Assembly (NCBI GenBank): GCA_963733195.1 | Contig: CAVTCR010000059.1 | Location: forward strand, 1-64,000 | Source: an uncultured delta proteobacterium | GTDB lineage: Bacteria; Desulfobacterota; Binatia; Bin18 | DNA length: 64,000 nucleotides | Reading direction: 5' to 3' | Shown: one piece after another, positions 62,353 through 64,000 of the stretch | Layout of the letters: each line of letters begins with the position of its first letter | Numbering within the stretch: the first letter of the stretch is position 1 | Program-made: the position numbers and the translations under genes | The notes under the pieces: model-generated | Seen by the model: the letters and a program-made list of their open reading frames with translations, nothing else | The model's database searches: none | What the model was told of the DNA's origin: nothing

Positions 62353-64000
62353 TCAGCCCTCTGCAAGTTCCTCTAACAGTGCCTTCGCCTCTTGCAAGTC
62401 TTTCGTATCAAACCCTTCGGTGAACCAGTTGTACACCTCAGACAACAGCTTGTGAGCTTCGGCTTCTTGCCTTGTTGTTGCCACAGCCGAGCCAGACTCG
62501 TCGCGGCGCGGAGTTCCCAGGATTTGGCCTGCTGCTTCCGGGCAATGTCGATGGCTTTCAGAAAACACTCTTCGGCTTCGGCTTTGGGTCGGGAGTCAGG
62601 GTCGGGGTCAGTAACTTGAAACTGCTCTGACCAACTGACGACTAGCTGTGGAGCGTTAGCTCGCCCTTCAGCCGATACAGTTCCGCCTCGTACGAAACGC
62701 TCCCCAGTTTTGTCCACTACGTCAGCGCCTCGGCCAGCACGTTCAGTCCTTCCTCTACCTGCCCCATTTCCTCATACGCCTCGGCCAGAAGGGCAAGAAA
62801 ACATGGCCGATCCAGCTCTGCCCCCATGGCCCGCAAGGCGGCCAGGCCCTGGCTGTATCTGGCAATCCCTTCTTCTCCCTGTCCTTGCTCAGCCAGAGCC
62901 CAGCCCCGCTCGATAGTTCCCTACGCTAACCAATGCGGAATCCATGCTCGGTTGAGAGCGTAATCGTTGCCTCTGCCCGCTCTTGGACGCGCTGCTCCTC
63001 TCGGCGGAAAAGATGGAGAACGGCAGCACAAGCCGAGGGCATTGCCAGCTAAAGGGGTGAGACAGCTCTCGAGCCAAGGTCAGAGCCTCATGGCTTCTCT
63101 TCAGGGCCTGGTCTGGATAGCCAAGAACCACAGAGCCAAGATAAAGGACAGGCAATCTACCCCGGGGTCAGCCCGTAGAGAAAGGCATGAGGCCACGGTG
63201 CTGCTGGGGGTCATAGAGAGCAACGCCTTGCTCAAGGTGCTGGCGAGCCGGGGCAACTCTCCAAGGTAGATCAAGGTGTGCCCCAATGCGTAATGGGCCA
63301 TCGAGAGGAGAGTCGGATCTTGTACATTCTGGGCCAGACTCAGAGCTGCTCCGCCATCTCCCGCGCCGTCTGGTACTCTCCTCGTAGTTAGATAAAATAG
63401 CCACAGTCCCAACAACACCGGGAAGAGCTGAGGGGTCTCGCCCACCTGCTGGCACAGCTCTCGCGCCCGGGCATAGGCCCTTCCCACCTCTGGGGCGGCA
63501 TAGCCCTTGGTGGCCATCAGTGGCACCGCCCAGGGCAAGTTGCAGCGTGAGTTCTTGCTGGGCGCGCTCGGGAGTATCCGGCAGGGTCTTGAGCAGCTCC
63601 AGCCCTTTGGTGAGGTGGCTGATTGCTTCCAGATTGGCCGAGCGCTGGATGGCTCTCTGGCCGGCCTTCTGCCAGTAGGGAATGGCCTGCTCGATGAGAC
63701 CGGCCTCGGTGTAGTGATGGGCCAGCAGTTCAGGTTGGGTCTCTTTGGTCTCGGAAAGCGTTCTCCTCCAATACCTGGGCAATCTGTTGGTGATACTGTT
63801 GCCGGGTGCTTTTGAGCAAGGATTGATAGGCGGTGTCCTGGATCAGTGCATGCTTGAAGAAGTAGCGTGTTTGCTGCACCACGCCCGCGCTGATAGAGAA
63901 TTCGGCTTCCACGAGTTTCGCAAAGCCTGCTGTAAATCGGTTTCGCTGAGTGGCGCCACGGCCTGCAGCAGTTCATAGGAAAACTCTCGTCCCAGCGTCG
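62353..64000 (-). CDS. Second cyclase/AAA/TPR (STAND-type) protein, C-terminal part (frameshifted; 5' part beyond window)
   Basis: [80 protein letters not shown]. Confidence 0.9.

Noticed and set aside
61705-62433. 57-bp repeat pair as a DGR template/variable repeat
   Set aside because: There are only two differences, both synonymous third-position changes and not adenine-specific. No DGR RT or avd is nearby.
1-64000. CRISPR array, tRNA or rRNA genes
   Set aside because: No regularly spaced identical repeats, cloverleaf or rRNA-like sequence was recognised by eye. Repeats present are REP, MITE or heptamer types.

Overview
This is a 64-kb bacterial chromosomal segment. Gene style and repeat families suggest a Binatia/Desulfobacterota_B-like deltaproteobacterium, which is inference only. 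Many genes, including alaS and recA, are split by 1-nt indels, so the assembly is probably an unpolished long-read or MAG sequence and most breaks are not real pseudogenes. Core content: cinA-thpR-recA-(Uma2)-recX-alaS-phoH-ybeY, bamD, a QueT-type ECF transporter split by an insertion, fabF-fabH plus a pair of ArsA/Get3-like ATPases, miaB, moaB-moaD-moaE-ispH-hbd, and an ethylmalonyl-CoA pathway cluster (mch, mcd, mcl-like lyase, tandem epimerase, ecm, meaB, and an extra diiron protein). Accessory content: a group II intron inserted antisense in an LLM monooxygenase gene, an IS5-family element, five toxin-antitoxin pairs plus a remnant, two adenylate-cyclase/AAA/TPR (STAND-type) genes, and many REP, MITE and heptamer repeats. 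Main signals: (1) a TA pair lies between two copies of the conserved 3' end of a STAND cyclase gene, suggesting cassette exchange through that gene end; (2) GTAG-type REP palindromes and heptamer repeats are translated in-frame inside proteins; (3) an ArsC-family gene has UGA at the catalytic Cys position followed by a SECIS-like hairpin; (4) an unassigned pseudoknotted RNA-like element lies between bamD and queT.
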